Shown in pieces: positions 1 to 11,832 of a stretch of DNA of 23,536 bases; the first letter of the stretch is position 1, and each line of letters opens with the position of its first letter. Made by a program: the position numbers and the translations under genes. Origin of the DNA: Azolla caroliniana (Eukaryota > Plantae > Polypodiophyta); the NCBI GenBank assembly GCA_043228905.1, contig JBHGNT010000476.1:1-23536 (forward strand). Reading direction: 5' to 3'. The notes under the pieces are model-generated. The model searched no databases, was not told where the DNA came from, and was given only the letters and a program-made list of their open reading frames with translations.

Positions 1-840
1 ATAACAGAGGATGAATAATGGATAAAAACGGTTTTGGAATTAATATCACTTCAGGCCCTTCTTCTCAGAAACAGAATCTTTAAAATACAACCACTGGTAT
101 TACTGATGCGATAGTCCGGATCAAAAACTTGGAAAATGGAACCAAGAGAAGCAAGTAGCTACAATTGGGGATGGATGATGGATAAAAAAGGTTTTGGAAT
201 TAATGCAAAATGGAATCTAGAGGACCAAGTAGCCAGAACTGAGGATGGATGATGGATAAAAAAGGATTTTGAATTAAGGACACTTCAGGCCCTTCTTCTC
301 AGAAATAGAATCTCTAATATCCAACCACTGGTTATCTTGATGCGATAGTGCGCATCAAAAACTTGGAAAATGGAACCAAGAGAAGCAAGTAGCTACAATT
401 GGGGATGGATGATGAATAAAAAAGGTTTTGGAATTAATGCAAAATGGAATCTAGATGACCAAGTAGCCAGAACTGAGGACGGATGATGGATAAAAAAGGG
501 TTTTGAATTAAGGGCACTTCAGGCCCTTCTTCTCAGAAATAGAATCTCTAATATCCAACTACTGGTATAACTGATGCAATAGTGCGCATCAAAAACTTGG
601 AAAATAAAACCAAGAGGACCAATTAGCTAGAATTAAGGATGGATAATGGATAAAAAAGGATTTGGAATTAATGGCACCTTAGGCTCTTCTTCTCAGAAAA
701 GAATCTTTAAAATCCAACCACTGCTATTACTGATGCGATAATCAAAAACTTGGAAAATGAAACTACGAGTACCAAATAGCCAGAATTAAGGATGGAGGAT
801 GAGTTAAAAATCTTTCGGAATTAAGGCCACTTTAGGACAA
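1..840. repeat. Degenerate tandem repeat, ~160-bp unit plus an extra ~74-bp sub-unit (234-bp higher-order period)
   Basis: CAC(T/C)T(C/T)AGG anchor at 47, 281, 515, 675 and 828 (periods 234, 234, 160, 153). A GGATGATGGATAAAAAAGG-TTT-GAATTAA-like motif recurs about 7 times. Confidence 0.85.
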
Positions 841-859
841 ACTGTGCAGCAGGAAAAAC

Positions 860-945
860 TCATTAAGAAGGTGGTCTAAAGACATAAAACGAATCAGAAA
901 AAACCGGATAAACGTAGCACAGGACCCACAAAGATGGACCGGATT
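860..945 (+). mobile_element. Decayed RTE-type LINE 3' ORF remnant
   Basis: Translates as RRWSKDIKRIRKNRINVAQDPQRW, resembling the RW.DD..K...W...AQDR..W C-terminus of RTE-clade ORFs. Confidence 0.45.
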
Positions 946-984
946 ACAAGAGATTTAATTAAATTTTCCAGAAAAATGGTAACA

Positions 985-1455
985 ATAGATTTTGGTACAA
1001 TTTTTTCTTAGCTTCAAGTGAAGAAAGACATATTCTTCGTTCCGCTATCTGGTGTTCTTTCCTAGTCATTCCTATTGGTCTGTGTTAAAGAATAAGTGGG
1101 ATTACTACCCCACTTAAATTTCCAGATTTCTTTTTCTCTTGTGTGGGTCCTATGACGTAAAAGAATCCAACTGGATGAATGTCGCATAGGACCGACAAAG
1201 ATGGATTTGATTATTGGAAGTCTTAGATCCAACAGTGGACCTGAATGGGCTGAGTAATGATAATGATGATTATTTTTTTAAATTGGATGTACCCGGAAAA
1301 CGGAAATAAGGAGTTTTGGTAGGATTTTTCTTAGTTTTAAGTAAAGAAAGACATCTGGTTCGTTCTGGTACCTGGTGTCCTTTCTTTGCCATTCCTATTG
1401 GTCTGTATTAAAGAATGAGTGGGATACTACCCTACTTAAATTTCCAGATTCCTTT
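985..1455. repeat. Local ~150-bp direct duplication (985-1135 and 1310-1455) flanking an RTE remnant
   Basis: Shared TTTTGGTA..ATTTTTCTTAG...AAGAAAGACAT...CATTCCTATTGGTCTGT.TTAAAGAAT.AGTGGGAT...ACTTAAATTTCCAGATT. Confidence 0.8.
1150..1271 (+). mobile_element. RTE-type LINE extreme 3' end with (GAT/AAT)n tail
   Basis: Translates as NWMNVA*DRQRW...IQQWT, followed by GGGCTGA and a TAATGATAATGATGAT microsatellite tail typical of insect RTE 3' ends. Confidence 0.55.
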
Positions 1456-2950
1456 ATTCAAGCAACTGTTGTCTGATTTGTTATAATCCATGTTTATATA
1501 TAAATTAGTATATTCTAGACCTTGTCTATTTTTTTTATAATGGAAGCTTTTCAATGCACTTGTCACATTACATACGTAATATTATCCCCAGTAGGTAAGT
1601 AGGTTTAAATAATAAATCAATCGGCTAAGCTCCAGACCAATCCTTTTATCCGTCGATATCTATAAGCTCTCGAAAAGGCAATGATCTTTTACAATAAAAA
1701 TAAAATTACGATGCTACTTTTTCGTGTTTGATGAATGCTGTTTACTATCTTTATTACTACGATAAAGATTATACTATTTAAGCACGTGTTCTAAAAGATT
1801 TATTTACTATTGAAGTAGATTAGAAATTGATGGTTTATTCGATTTTTTGATTAAAATATAGCACTTATAATTTAGAGTGTATAAATCTATTAACGAATTA
1901 CGAATCTTTTCTATGTGGTTGATACTATAAGACTTAAAGTTTCTTACTCAAAAAACCTCTGCAGGAAAATAAACAGTATGCAGTGTTGCTTTAAAAGTAG
2001 ATTAAATATTTTTTTTACAGCCAATAAAAGTTACATAAAGGTTTTTAAGAAGAATATTAAATGTGTCACCAATCTTTTCCCTTAAAAAAATTCTTATTTT
2101 GAGGAAAAAATACACCTCAAAAAACTCAAAAGATGATGCTGAAGCAGATATTCTTTTATAAATAAATATATGATAATTTTTTTCTCTCTGGTTAATACTA
2201 TTAAAAAATTCTTGCTTAGAAAACCTCTGCTGGAAAACAAACAGTATTTGTTTCACAGCCCATAGAATTTTCTTTTTATTTTCATAAGAAACTGTCCTGT
2301 AATAATATGCTAAACCTAAAATTAAACACAAATATTTGATACAAAATCCCAATTTTTATACCTCTCATTGTTGTTATTTTGATAAAATCGTACCTATTCC
2401 GGACGACCTTCACTTTTAAACGTGTATATCAAGTATAATGTGGTGCAAAATTTTATTTTTGCAGTATGCACGTAGATAATTGCTTATTTTTTTTACGGGG
2501 GACGTTTGATTATTTTGGACTATTTTTATTTTATTTTTTTCCTGGGGATAAATCGTTAAACTAATTTTTACAATAGTCAAATTATTCATCTTTGTTTGAC
2601 TTCTTTTTTCTGGCTTTATTTATAGGAAGCAAGGGAGGGATCATTTTTTCTTGTTAGTATAAAAAAGAGCTTAACATACAAATTTTTAAATTAAATAAGT
2701 AGAAAAAATATTCTTCCAAACATAACTATTTTATAAAAATACCGTTCTAGCACCTCGTGTTATTTTTTTTAATTATCACAGCATCACGACCCATATTTCA
2801 TAAACACCCTATCCAATATACTTTAATATATAATTATTGATTAACCAAAACCTTTCTGCTTGTTCATGATTACGTAAATGGTATCCCAAATTTGACCCAG
2901 ATTTAAATTTTTTACATCAAATTGGCAACCATAAAAAAAAAATCCTGACA

Positions 2951-4057
2951 GAGAATCTACAAAGTAAGGGTTAATGGCGCTTTTTCGGATCAATTTGAGG
3001 TTTGAAGTGGCGTCCCCCAAGGGTCGGTGCTGGGGCCTCTGCTATTCCTGGTGTATATAATGGATCTTGGTTGGAATATTCAGTCTAAAATATCCTTTTT
3101 CGCAGACGACACAAAAATCTATAGTGATCCTCTGTCTGACGGGTACTCCTTGCATCGGGAACTTCAAGTGCTGCATGAATGGACGCAAATCTGGCAACTA
3201 CTCTTAAATACAGCTAAGTGACTGTTCTCCATATTGGAGCAAATAACCCCATGAATGATCTCCGCCTCAACAATACATCACTAGTGAAGGTCACTCAGCA
3301 GAAAGACTTGGGAGTTATCATATCTAATGATTTGAAATGGGTAACAAATATAGCTAAAGTAGTTAAAAAAGCTAATGTCATCATAGCTCTTATTAGACGT
3401 GCCTTTCAAGATAAAAGTCCAGAAACTATTCTTAAACTTTACAAGAGCCATGTTAGGTCAATTTTAGAATATGCCAATAGCATTTGGAGCCCCTATTATG
3501 TGAAGGATATTGAGATATTGGAGAGAGTGCAAAGAAGGATTACGAAAATACCAGACCAACTAAAAAATAAACCATATGAAGAAAGATTAAGACTCCTAGA
3601 TCTAACATCTCTGGCAGCTAGGAGGCAGAGGGGCGATTTGATAGAAACTTATAAAATTCTGACGGGCCACTACTCTGTCCACCTCCACCTTTTCGTACTT
3701 AATGAAAATAATAATCTAGGAGGACATAGTAAAAAGCTACGTAAAGAAAAAACCTCAAAACTAGTAAGAAAGAATTTTCTCTCTAACCGTGTTGTATATC
3801 CTTGGAATGCCCTTCAGGAGGAGACTGTCTCTGCTCCGTCCACTAATAGTTTTAAAAACAGGCTTGATTTAAATTTGGAAACCATAAACCGCATAATGGT
3901 GCACTATCTATGACACTATGTGATAAACACTGTGATTGTGATAAAAACTGTACAAATATAAAGACTATTAAATTATAAGACTGTTAATAAATAAGAGTAA
4001 CAAGAGTAGTCTCATCGACCTCGTCGCCTACTACTCTATAATAATAATAATAATAAT
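2951..4057 (+). mobile_element. 5'-truncated CR1/L2-group non-LTR retrotransposon (C-terminal half of RT, 3' UTR, (AAT)n tail)
   Basis: RT motifs [18 protein letters not shown] and FADDTKIY, then KDLGVII, LEYANSIWSP, LERVQRR and RRQRGDLIETYKI (CR1-type C-terminus). (AAT)n tail at ~4039-4057; host repeat resumes on both sides. Confidence 0.9.
2952..3913 (+). pseudogene. Disrupted reverse transcriptase (ORF2) fragment of the CR1-like LINE
   Basis: In-frame TGA at 3003-3005 and a frameshift near 3218 (NTAK / TVLH) split ORFs 3027-3221 and 3218-3913. Confidence 0.85.
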
Positions 4058-5294
4058 TTCTGATTAATAATATTTCTTTGCAACAATTTTAGCAAGGCAA
4101 GCCACTGCCAATTTTGGTTAGAATTTCGTAGTTCTCGTTTTAAAAGTGAGATGGCGCAGTGTTCGTTAGCTTTAATGACGACTACCGATAGATGGCGCTC
4201 AAATATAATCAAGTTACCGTTCTTGCACCTCGTGTTATTTTTTTTTAAATGCATTTAAATTATCACACTCAGCATCACATCCCATATTTAATAAATACCC
4301 TGTCCAATATACTTTAATATATAATTATTGGTTAACCAAAACCTTTCTGCTTGTTTATTATTACGTCAATGGTGTCCTAAATGTTAATTTTCTGCTTCAA
4401 ATTGGCAACCATGAAAAAATAATCTAAAATCTAACAGAAACCCTGAAATTTCTGATTAATAATATTTCTTTGCAACAATTTTAGCAAGGCACGCCACTGA
4501 CAATTTTTGGTTAGAATTTCGTAGTTCTCGATTTGAAAGTGAGATGGCGCAGCGTTCGTTAGCTTTAATGACGACTACCGATAGATGGCGCTCAAATATA
4601 ATCAAGTTAACGTTCTACCACCTCGTGTATTTTTTTTAATTGACATTTAAATTATCACACTCAGCATCAAGACGCATATTTACTAAACATCCTGTCCAAT
4701 ATTCTTTAGTATATTATTACTGATTAACCAAAACCTTTCTGCTTGTTTATTATTACGTAAATGGTATCCCAAATTTGACCCAGATTTTAATTTTTTACAT
4801 CAAATTGGCAACAATGAAAAAAAAAACTCCTGACAAAGTAAAAGTGAGATGGCGCAGCGTTCGTTGGTTGTAATGACGATTACCGGTAGGTGGCGCTGTG
4901 TAACGACTAAAAAAACGATACCAAAGTTCCAACTAATGCATTTTGATTTTATAATAAAAATATTTACCATTTATACACCCCTTATAGCAAAAAAATAATG
5001 TTATATCGCCCTCGTAGTTTTATACTAAACAAATTGATTTTACCTACAAATTAACAATACGACGACTGAATAGTATCCAATCTGCCAATTATATTATTTG
5101 TTTCACGTCGGTACCTTCAATTTCAAAAACATGTTTGCTCAGTCCGAATTCCGACGTCACGGCTAGAACAATTTTAACATTATTTTTTTTTAGTTTAATT
5201 ATAACCAGTTTATGTGTAAACATTGATAAGAAAACGCGGACAATTTGTGTGTACAATACTCTATAATTATGTAACAAATTTTGAAACGTCGACG

Positions 5295-6806
5295 ATGAAA
5301 AAATTTTGCGAAAAAATCACCAAGCAGCAGTGGAGAGTGACCATTCCCAACATCAATTCGCCGGTTTTTCGAAAACCTCAACAAACCGACGATTCACAAA
5401 ACTCCGAAAAAAGATCGTCTGGGTTTTACGACCTCCAAGAGGCCCAGCTGGAGTACGACAAATCGCAGAGCTTACCCAACAGCATCTACATCGAAAGCGC
5501 CTCCAGCTCGTCGGATACGGAAACGGAAGACACTTTCCAGGATGCCAGAGATAAATCGAGCTCTCAAGATATACGAAAAAGCACCAGCGATAATGGCACC
5601 GATCCCGAGCTGTATATGGACGTAGAAGAACCGAAAAACATCGACAAAAACAACAGCAAGTTCGAGTATGACGTGCCCCGAATCAGCTTCAATTTTTTCG
5701 AAAGGAAGAACCCAGAGCCGGAAGAAAATATCTACGAAAACGACTCGGGTCACTATGAACCTGTTTTAGTAAAGCATACTGTGAAAAGCGAGTTGCAGAT
5801 CATTTTACAAAAACCTGACGAAGCTAGCTTAGAAAATAGCGGTGACGATTTGAGTGACAAAACCATTTCTCTGATCAAAAACGGTTCAGAAATCGACGAT
5901 GAAGCTGTAAAAACCCATCCGTCTGAAACGTTCGTGGAACATACAGAGATTGTGGTGAACAGAAGCGACGAAAACATACCAGTTACGCTTGTTAGATCTG
6001 GTAGTGACCCAAACATAGTCCTCAGATTACAATCGGATGAAGACGAAGGATTCTATAAAGTTCCTCGAAATCTCAGAGCGCATCAGCGACTTTCTCAGTC
6101 CATGAGCGATTTCGACCCAGAGAACATGAATCAGGAGATTAGTAAATCAAATCACTCGAGCATAGAGCACATTTCTTGCAGTCAGTTTGATATAGCGCGA
6201 CAAAAACTGGCTCAGAACGTTAGAGAGTCGAGTCCAAATGATTCTCAGAAGCTGGATTATTGCAAGACCAGAAGCAAACTCCCCGTAAGGCTCAGAAGAG
6301 CCACGCTTCTGAGAAAACCGAAAAAAGCAGTAGATTCTTGGAACAACTTTAAGAGTAAGTTTAACAACATGATGACCGAGCAGGCGGCTCAACAAAGAGT
6401 GGGAGCTTTCGGCGATAAAGAAAAAATTGCTCTGAACCTAGAGGAGATGTACAAGAACTCGAAAAGTAAATGTAAAAAGGTGCTTAAAAACACCGGAAGA
6501 ATGTTTTCCAACAAAATGACTCAGATAAAGAAAAGCTCTTCCTCGGACATAGAAACAGCTCAACACAGTTCGGAAAATACGCCTAGTGTCGATAAAAAAA
6601 GTGAAAACGGTTTTAGTTTTAAAGGAGCCAAATTGCAAGCTAGCGATATCGAATATAAGTTGAACATTAGCGAACCGAACGACAATCTGACCGGTCACAT
6701 AAGCGAAAACGAGGATTATTCGCCCATGAGTAAATTCGGTAGTGATTTTAGCGAGGATTTTTCAACCATCAAAAGCGCCTTCAGGAAGAAGTTGTTCATA
6801 CCAGAG
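5295..6806 (+). CDS. Nost: Nostrin (F-BAR/HR1 protein) coding exon 1: long acidic, Ser-rich N-terminal extension
   Basis: Open frame from ATG 5295 (MKKFCEK) to the donor GAG|GTAAT at 6806/6807. Joins exon 2 in phase 0 (…FRKKLFIPE|GQNGF…). Linkage to the F-BAR exons is inferred from phase. Confidence 0.75.
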
Positions 6807-8214
6807 GTAATATTAATTTTCAAAATAATGTGAAATGCAATTTTTGAATTGAATTAACAAAATAACTTTTTTGAATGACCTGCAAAATAAAACAGAACGA
6901 AGGTCAATTGAAAAGTTCAAATTGTTATCGCGGCGTCAAAATTGCTCGATCACATGCTTAATTAGTTTAATTATACAGGTAGCGAGAAGTCAAGTGGTAT
7001 TGCTCAATTTTTTTAATGTGGCTCGCTTTCAGACAGATGTTTTTTAAAAATAAATGCTCGTCAAAGATTTGTTCAATTGAGGTGTCCTAATTTTTAAATT
7101 ATTGTAGTTTCAAGAAGAGAGACGGACAAAGTTTGATTTTAAAAATACTAAAAACTGTCCAGTAGAAAATTTGAGACTATCTCAAAGCTGCTAAATTCTG
7201 TTTATTCCGATTTTGATTAAGAATTGATCTACATATGGCATTGAATAATTCATATTACAACGGCTTCTATGGTAATATATCTTCTCATATTACATCAATG
7301 AAGATGTTTTTGGATTTTGGTCCTTCGAGCCGGTAAAATAAAAACCAAAATAAGCATTATAATCCGACTAAATCAATATATTTCTTATTTTTCACCACAT
7401 AATTCAATATAAATGCAACCTACGTCGTTCCAATCATTTCATATCGATTGGAACTAAGATCGTAAAGGAATTCGCAACCCCGGGCGAAAAAAATACGGAA
7501 ATTGCAATAACTTTTGTAATTTGCCCGCAAAAACGTACTGTTTTAACAGTTTCCGTGCCTTTGAAGTAAATATTTAATATGATTCGGTCACGCGAGAACA
7601 ACACAAAAATACGAGTACTGTTTCTTGAATAAAATAGCAGCGTAAATAGCTAGGAATATAGATATTCAGAAGTACTAAAAATACTGTTTAGTTTACTTCT
7701 AACTCACTTATTTCATTATTTAACTTGGTACCAACACACATTATTTAAAATAAAATTTTAAAAATGATTTATCTTATCCCATGTAAATTTATATAGTTTG
7801 AAACCAGTCACAAGATGTTCTTTGCAAGAAAGATTACGATTTATCTTGGCCCTTTGGCCACTACCGGTAGATGGCGTGGGCAGTCTACTTTGTTAGCAAA
7901 TAGTATCTTTTTGATCATGTTTCGTAACTCAGAGCTGTATTTTTTTTTAATAAAGACAAAAATATTATTTTTATATCAAAAATGCAACTCTTGCTAAAGA
8001 AGCTCAAAATAAATATGGTTATAAAGATGTCACATATAATATGATAAATACAGAGTGGACAATTACCAATTAAATACGTTTGCCTAATCTTGAAAAAGTT
8101 GTTTAACAACTAGAATTACCGGAGATTAAAGCCTAATAAGTTTCTGAGAAAATGATTAAAAATATTGCTTTAAAAATTATAATTAGCTATTATGGGTTCA
8201 CTATTAAACAGTAC

Positions 8215-8245
<31 letters not shown>

Positions 8246-8605
8246 ATCTCTCTCTCTCTCTTTCTTTCTCTCTCTTCATCTTGAAGCGGTTTTATTCGAT
8301 TTTTCATTTTGTTTTTGACAACCATTGTTTCTCATGGGTGTAAGTTCCTTAGGAAGCAATACTTGTTTATTTTGACTTTTAATTATCACTAAAAAACTTC
8401 TCTCTCTCTCTCTTTCTCTATCTTTCTCTCTCCCTCTCTTTCTTTCTTTCTCTCTCTCTCTTCCTCTCTATTTCTTTCTATCTTGAAGCGGTTTTATTCG
8501 ATTTTTCATTTTGTTTTTGACAACCATTGTTTCTCATGGGTGTAAGTTCCTTAGGAAGCAATACTTGTTTATTTTGACTTTTAATTATCACAAAAAAACT
8601 TGTAG

Positions 8606-8658
<53 letters not shown>

Positions 8659-9132
8659 ATCTTTCTCTCTCCCTCTCTTTCTTTCTCTCTCTTTTCCTCA
8701 CTCTTTCTTTCTCTCTCTTCATCTTGAAACGGTTTTATTCGATTTTTCATTTTGTTTTTGACAACCATTGTTTCTCATGGGTGTAAGTTCCTTAGGAAGC
8801 AATACTTGTTTATTTTGGCTTTTAATTATCACTAAAAAACTTGTAGTCTGTCTTTCTCTCTCTCCCCCCCTCTCTCTCTCTCTCTATCTCATTCTCTCTC
8901 TCTCTCTCTCTCTCTTTCTCATCTTTCTCTATCTTTCTCTCTCCCTCTCTTTCTTTCTCTCCCTTTTCCACACTCTTTCTTTCTCTCTCTTTCTTTCTCT
9001 CTCTTCATCTTGAAGCGGTTTTATTCGATTTTTCATTTTGTTTCTGACAACCATTGTTTCTCATGGGTGTAAGTTCCTTAGGAAGCAATACTTGTTTATT
9101 TTGACTTTTAATTATCACTAAAAAACGTGTAG

Positions 9133-9185
<53 letters not shown>
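8215..9185. repeat. Composite tandem array: four ~130-bp conserved units separated by variable (CT)n microsatellite tracts
   Basis: Unit ATCTTGAA(G/A)CGGTTTTATTCGATTTTTC...GTAAGTTCCTTAGGAAGCAATACTTG...AAAAAAC starting at ~8278, 8480, 8721 and 9007. Confidence 0.92.
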
Positions 9186-10167
9186 GATTACTATCAACAT
9201 TCGTTTTAAAGATAATCAACTTTAAACAATATTTATATTTAATGACAATGAAGCAAAAGCATTGTTGAGTGGCCACCTTGGTCGCCCCATTTATATCCAT
9301 TTGATTTCTTTCTTCTAATTTGATCCTTAAAAGTTGGTATTAGCAATCTACTAATGGATGTCACCATATCGGTCCAAAAAGAAATTGTTCTTTCTCTCTC
9401 TATGCTTTTTTGTTATCCTATTGCTTTCTCCCAAGACTTCTGAGCTTCTGATACACAGTATGGAGTAGACTTTCCATGCTAGTTTTCTTGTATTTTATTC
9501 CCGAATGTCTCTCTTATGATCTTGAGTGTGTTATATCCAGTTCTGTTCAATTTTTGATTTTGTTATTGAGAGCCATCGTTTTCCATGGTTGTATCAAAAG
9601 ACTTGTAGTGTCTCTCTCTCACGATCTTGAGCTGATTATATCCAGCTTAAAGCAATTCTCTTGATAATATTAGTCAATCCATTAGTCTTGCACAGTTCAT
9701 ATATACCATTCTCTCTACAGCATCCTTAATAACTCCTATAGTTTAAAATATTCAGTAATACTTCTTAAACAATACCCTAATAACATTTATTTCTGTCGTT
9801 TTTTAACGACATTGAATTAAACTAGAACCGCAACTAATACGCCTATAATCGATTAAATTTCACATCTTATTAACCGAGCTCGTTCGAGCATCTGTTGCCC
9901 CGATCAAAGTAAACATCTTGTCGTCGTTTTTATTAATAAAGAATAAATCAAAGTCTTTCTCGACATGCCCTGTTTCTTTCTCGTACTTTTTCTTTAGCCG
10001 CTCATCGAAATCAAACCGCTTATTATCTCGTAATTACGTTTAATTATTGGGTAATAAACGAACATTAGCTTGCTAAAAAGTAGAGTAAATAAAATTAAAC
10101 TATTATCTGAACCAAAAAAACAACCGATCTAGAAAGACAATTACTTACGTACGTTTTTTTTTTACAG

Positions 10168-10253
10168 GGTCAAAATGGTTTCGAAGATCTCAGACGATAC
10201 GTCAAACAGGGAGGAGATTTTTGCAAAGAACTGGCCACGATTTTACAAGAAAG
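10168..10253 (+). CDS. Nost: Nostrin exon 2 (start of FCH/F-BAR domain)
   Basis: Acceptor TTTTTTACAG|, peptide GQNGFEDLRRYVKQGGDFCKELATILQE(R), donor |GTAAGT, phase 2. Matches the insect Nostrin FCH sequence as I recall it. Confidence 0.92.
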
Positions 10254-10659
10254 GTAAGTCGTAATAATAATTAATAATATCGATACAACATTCTACAAAA
10301 TACAAACAAATAGATATTTTTACAAAATTACCGATGAAGAAAAAAGCTAGATGAAATATCTCCTGGTTAATATTTCCGGATTTTTACACCCTTACGTAAA
10401 TGTTCCATATTTACATTTATTTAAGATATGTTTTATATCTACCGACTGCGCCAACGAAATTTTAACTACGAGAAAGAAATAACAAATATTGCTTTGCTTT
10501 TAAGATACATATCTCAATCTAAATGATTCTTCTTCTTCTGATCCATTAACCTGAAGTAGTAAGAAGTCTACAAAAATCAGGCAGATTTCCTACTAAGGTT
10601 TGTTGCAAAATTTTATTGACTGCTGATTTCCAGGACACATTAAATTCTTCGCAAAAAAG

Positions 10660-10760
10660 ATTCATGGGAACCAGTACTTGTTGTATTTTGACGTTCAGTT
10701 ATCACCACAAAACTAGTAGTGTCTCTCTCTCTCTCTCTCTCTCTCTCTTATGATCTTGAG

Positions 10761-10794
<34 letters not shown>

Positions 10795-10985
10795 GATCTT
10801 GAGCTTCTCTCTCTCTCTCTCTCTCTTATGATCTTGAGCTTCTCTCTCTCTCTCTCTCTCTCTCTTATGATCTTGAGCTTATTATATCCAGTTCTATTCA
10901 ATTTTTGATTTTGTTTTTGACAGCCATTGTCTCCCATGGTTGTAAGCTCCTAAAGAAGCAGTACTTGTTTATTTTGACGTTCAAT
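10660..10985. repeat. (CT)n-TATGATCTTGAGCT minisatellite plus a diverged copy of the 130-bp unit
   Basis: Four TTATGATCTTGAGCTT spacers between CT tracts. 10890-10985 resembles the 8278-type unit, and a related copy lies at 9510-9650. Confidence 0.85.
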
Positions 10986-11030
10986 TTTGACTATACGTTT
11001 AGTTATTCTTTAATTTCCATTTTTTTCCAG

Positions 11031-11408
11031 AGCCGAAGCCGAAACGCAATACGCCAAAAACCTTTCTAAATTAAGCGTAAAACTATCGCGAGCGTGCCGA
11101 GACGGAATCGGAGGCCTCAACGAAGCTTGGAAAGCGGTCGCGCAAGAGTTGGAAACGAAAGCGGAAGCGCACAGGTTAGCCGGAACGGCCTTGTTGGAGG
11201 AAACGGCGAAACCTTTGAGGAATCTGACCGAAAGCCAGCACAGGTCGAGAAAACAATGCGAAGCGGCCGTGGAAAAAGCTGCCAGGCTGTTGGGCGATTG
11301 GCGAGCAGCCGAAGCGAAAGGGAAGAAACAGAGCCACACGTGCGCGAGGGATAACGAAAAATTGCAAGACGCCGCTGTCATAGACACTACCAAGTTTGGG
11401 AAACAAAC
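11031..11408 (+). CDS. Nost: Nostrin exon 3 (F-BAR)
   Basis: TTTTTTCCAG|, AEAETQYAKNLSKLSVKL...AHRL...KPLRNL...WRAAEAKGKKQSHTCARDNEKLQD, |GTAAGT, phase 2. Confidence 0.93.
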
Positions 11409-11790
11409 GTAAGTTGATTAGACACTATAATTGTACCGACTGCGCCAACAGAATTACTACGGGAGGGAAATAACGAATATTGTTGCTTTGTTTTTAAGAC
11501 ACATATGTCAATATAAATAATTCATATTCTTCTCATCCATCGTCCTGAACAATTTTATTCATAACGTTGATACATGAATTTAGCAATTTTTTGTATGCCA
11601 CAGAAATTACGAAACTTTCCATATCCACTGACCAACTAACGAAAAATCTGACCACCACGCAACACTAAGCTACCGACTGCGCCAAATTAAGTTAAATTAA
11701 AGAGTTTTCGTAAATATTGCCAATTATTTAAAACGGATAATTTGGTTATAAAAAAAATAGAAAAGCAAACCCATATTATTCCAACGACAT

Positions 11791-11832
11791 CTTACGACCA
11801 GTTTCGAAATATGTCAGTTCTCATCAGACAAG
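11791..11832 (-). ncRNA. Degenerate minimal type I hammerhead ribozyme
   Basis: The minus strand reads CTTGT-CTGATGA-GAA ctgacatat TTC-GAAA-C TG GTC-GTAAG: intact core boxes, 3-bp stem II, and stem I with two G-U pairs. Confidence 0.6.

Larger units (their letters stand above)
2740..4897. repeat. ~390-bp host tandem repeat interrupted by the CR1 insertion
   Basis: Units at ~4056-4447 and ~4448-4840, with a partial unit to 4897. 2740-2952 matches the second half of the unit (CGTTCT..CACCTCGTGT...AACCAAAACCTTTCTGCTTGT...AAATTGGCAAC). Confidence 0.85.
10440..11690 (+). repeat. Dispersed repeat starting TACCGACTGCGCCAA (probable DNA-transposon/MITE termini)
   Basis: Copies at ~10440, 11434 and 11671. 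The first two align for ~110 bp; the TA followed by a sharp boundary suggests Tc1/mariner-type ends. Confidence 0.5.

Noticed and set aside
2002-2352. 116-aa minus-strand ORF and other short AT-rich ORFs (4036, 7815, 9476, 13528, 20328-20849, 23019)
   Set aside because: Low-complexity F/I/K/L-rich translations with no recognisable motifs or splice context.
5306-6698. Short ORFs overlapping Nostrin exons in other frames or strands (also 11010-11406, 22040-22444, 22728-22916)
   Set aside because: Shadow ORFs caused by the higher GC content of true coding exons.
8215-9185. Repeat-spacer pattern as a possible CRISPR array, and ORFs with LSLS/ERER runs
   Set aside because: The repeats are ~130 bp, the spacers are CT microsatellites, there are no cas genes and the context is eukaryotic. 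The ORFs are translations of the microsatellite.
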